From: an uncultured Verrucomicrobiae bacterium
Lineage (GTDB): Bacteria; Verrucomicrobiota; Verrucomicrobiia; Limisphaerales; Palsa-1400
Direction of reading: 5' to 3'
NCBI GenBank assembly: GCA_963707025.1
Contig: CAVPOM010000004.1
Coordinates: forward strand, 352,001-416,000
DNA length: 64,000 nt
The notes under the pieces are model-generated. The model was not told the DNA's origin. It saw only the letters and a list, made by a program, of their open reading frames with translations, and ran no database searches. The translations under genes were made by a program, and so were the position numbers. This document shows positions 60,812 through 64,000 of the stretch, piece after piece. The first letter of the stretch is position 1; each line of letters begins with the position of its first letter.

Positions 60812-60840
60812 TGGTGCGCGAGAGAGGATTCGAACCTCCT
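60812..60840 (-). other. tRNA 3'-end fragment (probably Leu), putative att site
   Basis: GGAGGTTCGAATCCTCTCTCGCGCACCA: T-arm, acceptor 3' strand and CCA; no 5' half upstream. Confidence 0.75.
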
Positions 60841-60869
60841 ATAGGGCCACTTTCTGATGTTGCGCCATT

Positions 60870-61113
60870 GCTCATAGACCGTTTGCCAGGGAGGGAGGTC
60901 CCCTGGCAGAAGCCGCCAGGCGCAACCCGGGCGCACCGCATAAACAATCGCATTGACAAGGACCCGGCGATGCAGAGCGGGCCGTCCCCGCTTGGTTTTT
61001 GCAGAATTTGGAATCGGGACCGGCGATTGGGTTTTGCTCCATTCTTCCTCGGTAGAATTGGTTGGATAACTTTTTGGATGCGTCGGCATCCATTCTATCT
61101 CTGACACAGGTCC
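60870..61113 (-). mobile_element. Truncated IS5-family transposase (N-terminal part and left end)
   Basis: YPTNSTEEEW...GRP...VNAIVYAVRPGCAWRLLPGDLPPWQTVY; GGACCTGTGTCAGAG candidate IR. Confidence 0.85.
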
Positions 61114-61238
61114 AGTGCTGGACAACATGAGCAATTTACTCAGGATTGACGAACCGGCATTTTTAGAACACTCTCCAAGAGCCACGAGCAGGATGAATAT
61201 GTGCCCGCCAGCACTTCTGGAAACCCAAAAAGCGACTA

Positions 61239-64000
61239 ATGAATTCTATGAGCCGAGCAAAAAACAATCTGCTGAAAACAATCCTAATCGCCGCCTTTTT
61301 AATGATTGCCGGCTCGTGGCCGCTGGCAGGATCAGTCGTGCCGGTGAATTTGCAATGTGAGTATCATTCCAATCCGCTGGGCATTGATGAGGCGCAGCCG
61401 CGCTTAACCTGGCAGGTGCAATCGAACGAACGCAATCAAGAGCAGACCGCCTATCAAATTCTGGTCGCGGGCAGCAAGGAACTTCTCCAGAACAATCATG
61501 GGGATTTGTGGGATAGCGGCAGGATTTCCAGCGATGAAACCCTCAACATTGCTTATGGGGGAAAACCACTGGCGTCAGGTGGCCGCTGTTTCTGGAAGGT
61601 CAGGATTTGGGATAAAAATGGCCGGGCCTCGGCCTGGAGCGTGCCCGCCCTGTGGAGCACGGGACTGCTCGAAGGAAAGGACTGGCAAGGAAAATGGATT
61701 GGATTGGATCAAGGCGAGACCACCAATCCACTCGACGGCGCGAAATGGATTTGGTTTCCCGAGGGAGATCCGGCGGTCAGCGCGCCGGTGAGCACGCGTT
61801 ATTTCCGCCGCGTCTTTGAATTGCCGGCAAATCAAGCCGTTCGCTCGGCGACCATCACTATGACGGCGGACAACGAGTTTCAATTTTTTGTGAACGGCCG
61901 GGAAGCGGGCAAGAGCGACAATTGGAAGGCGCCGGGAAAGATTGCCATAGATGCTTTATTGAGGCCTGGGAAAAATCTTCTTGCGGTGGCGGCGCGCAAT
62001 GTTGGGGATGGGCCGAATCCTGCCGGATTGATCGGCCGACTGAATGTTATTTTTGAACAAGGCCATGCCTTGACGCTGGACACGGACGGAAGTTGGAAGT
62101 CGGCCACGAATGCTGACAACGGATGGAATGCCTTGACTTTTGACGACACCGCCTGGGCGGGGGCCAAGCCGCTCGGAGAATATGGAATGCAGCCTTGGGG
62201 AATTATTGGAAACGAAGACCGGCGGCTGCCAGCCCGTTATTTGCGGCGTGAATTTATCGTGGAGAAAAAAGTGCGGCGCGCCACGGCTTATGTCTGCGGA
62301 CTGGGGCTTTTCGAGTTATACCTGAATGGCCAGAAAATGAGCGAGGACGTGCTCTCGCCCGCTCTCTCCGAGTATGAGAAGCGCGCGTTTTACCTGACCT
62401 TCGACGCGACCGGCCAACTCAAGCAGGGCGCTAATGCCATTGGGGTCATTCTTGGCAACGGGCGTTTTTTTGCGCCGCGTTCCAGCGTGCCGATTGGGAC
62501 GCTGTCCTTCGGTTTTCCGAAGCTGCTCTTGCAATTCAACATCGAATACACCGATGGCACAACGGCGCAAATTGTCAGCGACGAGAATTGGAAACTGACC
62601 GCCGGCGGCCCCATTCGCGCCAATAACGAGTATGACGGCGAGGAATATGATGCGCGGATGGAAATGCCCGGCTGGTGCCAGCCAAAATTTGATGATTCCA
62701 ACTGGCAGCCGGCGCAGTTGGTGAAGCCGGCCTCGCCGCTGTTATCGGCGCAAATTGGCGAACCGATCCGCGTCATGGATACGCTGCATCCGGTGGCGAT
62801 CACCAACCCCAAGCCCGGCGTCTATATTTTTGACCTGGGACAAAACATGGCGGGCTGGTGCCGGTTGAAAGTCAGCGGGCCTCGGGACACCGTCGTCAAA
62901 CTTCGCCATGGTGAAACACTTCAGCCCGACGGCACGCTATACACCGATAATCTCCGCAGCGCGAAACAGGAGGACCTTTATACCTTGAAGGGAAAGGGCG
63001 TCGAAACTTATGAACCGCGCTTCACCCATCACGGTTTTCGTTATGTGGAGGTCACGGGGTTTCCCGGCCAGCCGACCTTGAATGCCGTCGCCGGCCGATT
63101 GGTTTATGACGCCGTGCCCGCCGCGGGGCAATTTTCCTGTTCCAATCCCTTGCTCAATCAGATTTACCATAACATTTATTGGGGCACACGCGACAATTAC
63201 CGCAGCATGCCCACGGATCTTCCCCGCGACGAACGTCAAGGTTGGATGGGAGACCGGCAGGAAGTGTCAAAAGGGGAAACTTATCTGTTTCAAGTTGCGC
63301 CGTTGTATGCCCAGTGGTTAACCGATATGCAGGATGATCAACATGGCAATGGCAGTGTTCCTGACGTGTCTCCGGCCTACTGGCCTCTCTATCAGGACGG
63401 TGTCGTCTGGGCCAGCACTTACATCATCATCCCCCACATGCTTTACGATCAATATGATGATCTTGGGATTCTGCAGCAGCACTATGATTCGATGAAGAAA
63501 TGGACGGATTACATGACGGCATTCCTGAAGAATGACATCATGCCGAGAAACACCTATGCCGACTGGTGTGTTCCGCCCAAATCCCTGACGGAAATCAATT
63601 CCAGCGATCCAACGCTGACCACCAGCGGGATTTTAATCAGCACGGCAGTTTTTTATCATGATTTGCGCCTGATGGCGCAGTCGGCACGGCTGCTGGGCAA
63701 AACGGAGGACGCCGAACATTTCGAAACGCTGGCAGGCCGGATAAAAATTGCCTTCCACCACCGCTTCTATGATGCCGAGCTGGGCTATTACGGCAACGGC
63801 ACGCAGACATCCTGCGTGCTGCCTTTGGCATTTGGCTTGGTGCCGGATGAATGCAAATCCAACGTTTTCTCCCAACTGGTCGAGAAAATCACAGTCGAGA
63901 GCGGCCATCATCTTGCCACCGGATTGGTGGGCGGACATTATTTGATGCGCGTATTGTCCGACCAGGGGCGGCCCGACCTCGCCTTCACGATTGCCACGCA
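61239..64000 (+). CDS. Alpha-L-rhamnosidase (GH78), partial, runs off the right edge
   Basis: Not in the ORF track; reads CEYHSNPLGIDEAQPRLTW, FDLGQNMAGW, FTHHGFRYVE, PTDLPRDERQGWMGD; spot-checked positions share one frame. Confidence 0.93.
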   Translation, partial: MNSMSRAKNNLLKTILIAAFLMIAGSWPLAGSVVPVNLQCEYHSNPLGIDEAQPRLTWQVQSNERNQEQTAYQILVAGSKELLQNNHGDLWDSGRISSDETLNIAYGGKPLASGGRCFWKVRIWDKNGRASAWSVPALWSTGLLEGKDWQGKWIGLDQGETTNPLDGAKWIWFPEGDPAVSAPVSTRYFRRVFELPANQAVRSATITMTADNEFQFFVNGREAGKSDNWKAPGKIAIDALLRPGKNLLAVAARNVGDGPNPAGLIGRLNVIFEQGHALTLDTDGSWKSATNADNGWNALTFDDTAWAGAKPLGEYGMQPWGIIGNEDRRLPARYLRREFIVEKKVRRATAYVCGLGLFELYLNGQKMSEDVLSPALSEYEKRAFYLTFDATGQLKQGANAIGVILGNGRFFAPRSSVPIGTLSFGFPKLLLQFNIEYTDGTTAQIVSDENWKLTAGGPIRANNEYDGEEYDARMEMPGWCQPKFDDSNWQPAQLVKPASPLLSAQIGEPIRVMDTLHPVAITNPKPGVYIFDLGQNMAGWCRLKVSGPRDTVVKLRHGETLQPDGTLYTDNLRSAKQEDLYTLKGKGVETYEPRFTHHGFRYVEVTGFPGQPTLNAVAGRLVYDAVPAAGQFSCSNPLLNQIYHNIYWGTRDNYRSMPTDLPRDERQGWMGDRQEVSKGETYLFQVAPLYAQWLTDMQDDQHGNGSVPDVSPAYWPLYQDGVVWASTYIIIPHMLYDQYDDLGILQQHYDSMKKWTDYMTAFLKNDIMPRNTYADWCVPPKSLTEINSSDPTLTTSGILISTAVFYHDLRLMAQSARLLGKTEDAEHFETLAGRIKIAFHHRFYDAELGYYGNGTQTSCVLPLAFGLVPDECKSNVFSQLVEKITVESGHHLATGLVGGHYLMRVLSDQGRPDLAFTIAT

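Noticed and set aside
60812..60900. Complete tRNA gene
   Set aside because: No 5' acceptor strand, D-arm or anticodon arm upstream of the T-arm

Overview
GC-rich bacterial chromosome segment. Gene content, repeat style and the prepilin/H-X9-DG protein suggest Verrucomicrobiota, probably subdivision 3 (inference). From left to right it contains: a TonB-dependent uptake and probable metal-homeostasis cluster (two paralogous receptors, tonB, exbB, two exbD, a CACGCG beta-barrel, ZIP, DUF3299); nifS; a small decayed islet (RelE remnant, IS1-family remnant with a RING-like passenger); asd; a second exbBD/TonB-like set; lpxD; panD; a prepilin-like gene; a repeat-laden hypothetical gene interrupted by a group II intron; fkp; an ABC exporter; GT21; a GspE/PilB ATPase; mutM; a methyltransferase-EVE pair; trpF-tag-trpB; rnpB; HtrA; rlmN; RluA; a PpiD-like chaperone; a carbohydrate-enzyme block; GME plus a GHMP kinase; 2-oxoacid:ferredoxin oxidoreductase; then a tRNA 3' fragment and IS5 remnant at a probable island boundary, followed by a GH78 rhamnosidase running off the window. 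The most notable structure is in the repeats. The intron's putative EBS1 loop matches a heptamer present 8 times in its host gene. There is a four-layer nested MITE/REP composite with a 9-bp target duplication, and REP elements sit in-frame inside several genes. Several single-base frameshifts (asd, GME, YncE-phosphatase, a large glycosidase) may be assembly errors. All calls are by eye from sequence and motif recognition; no searches were run.
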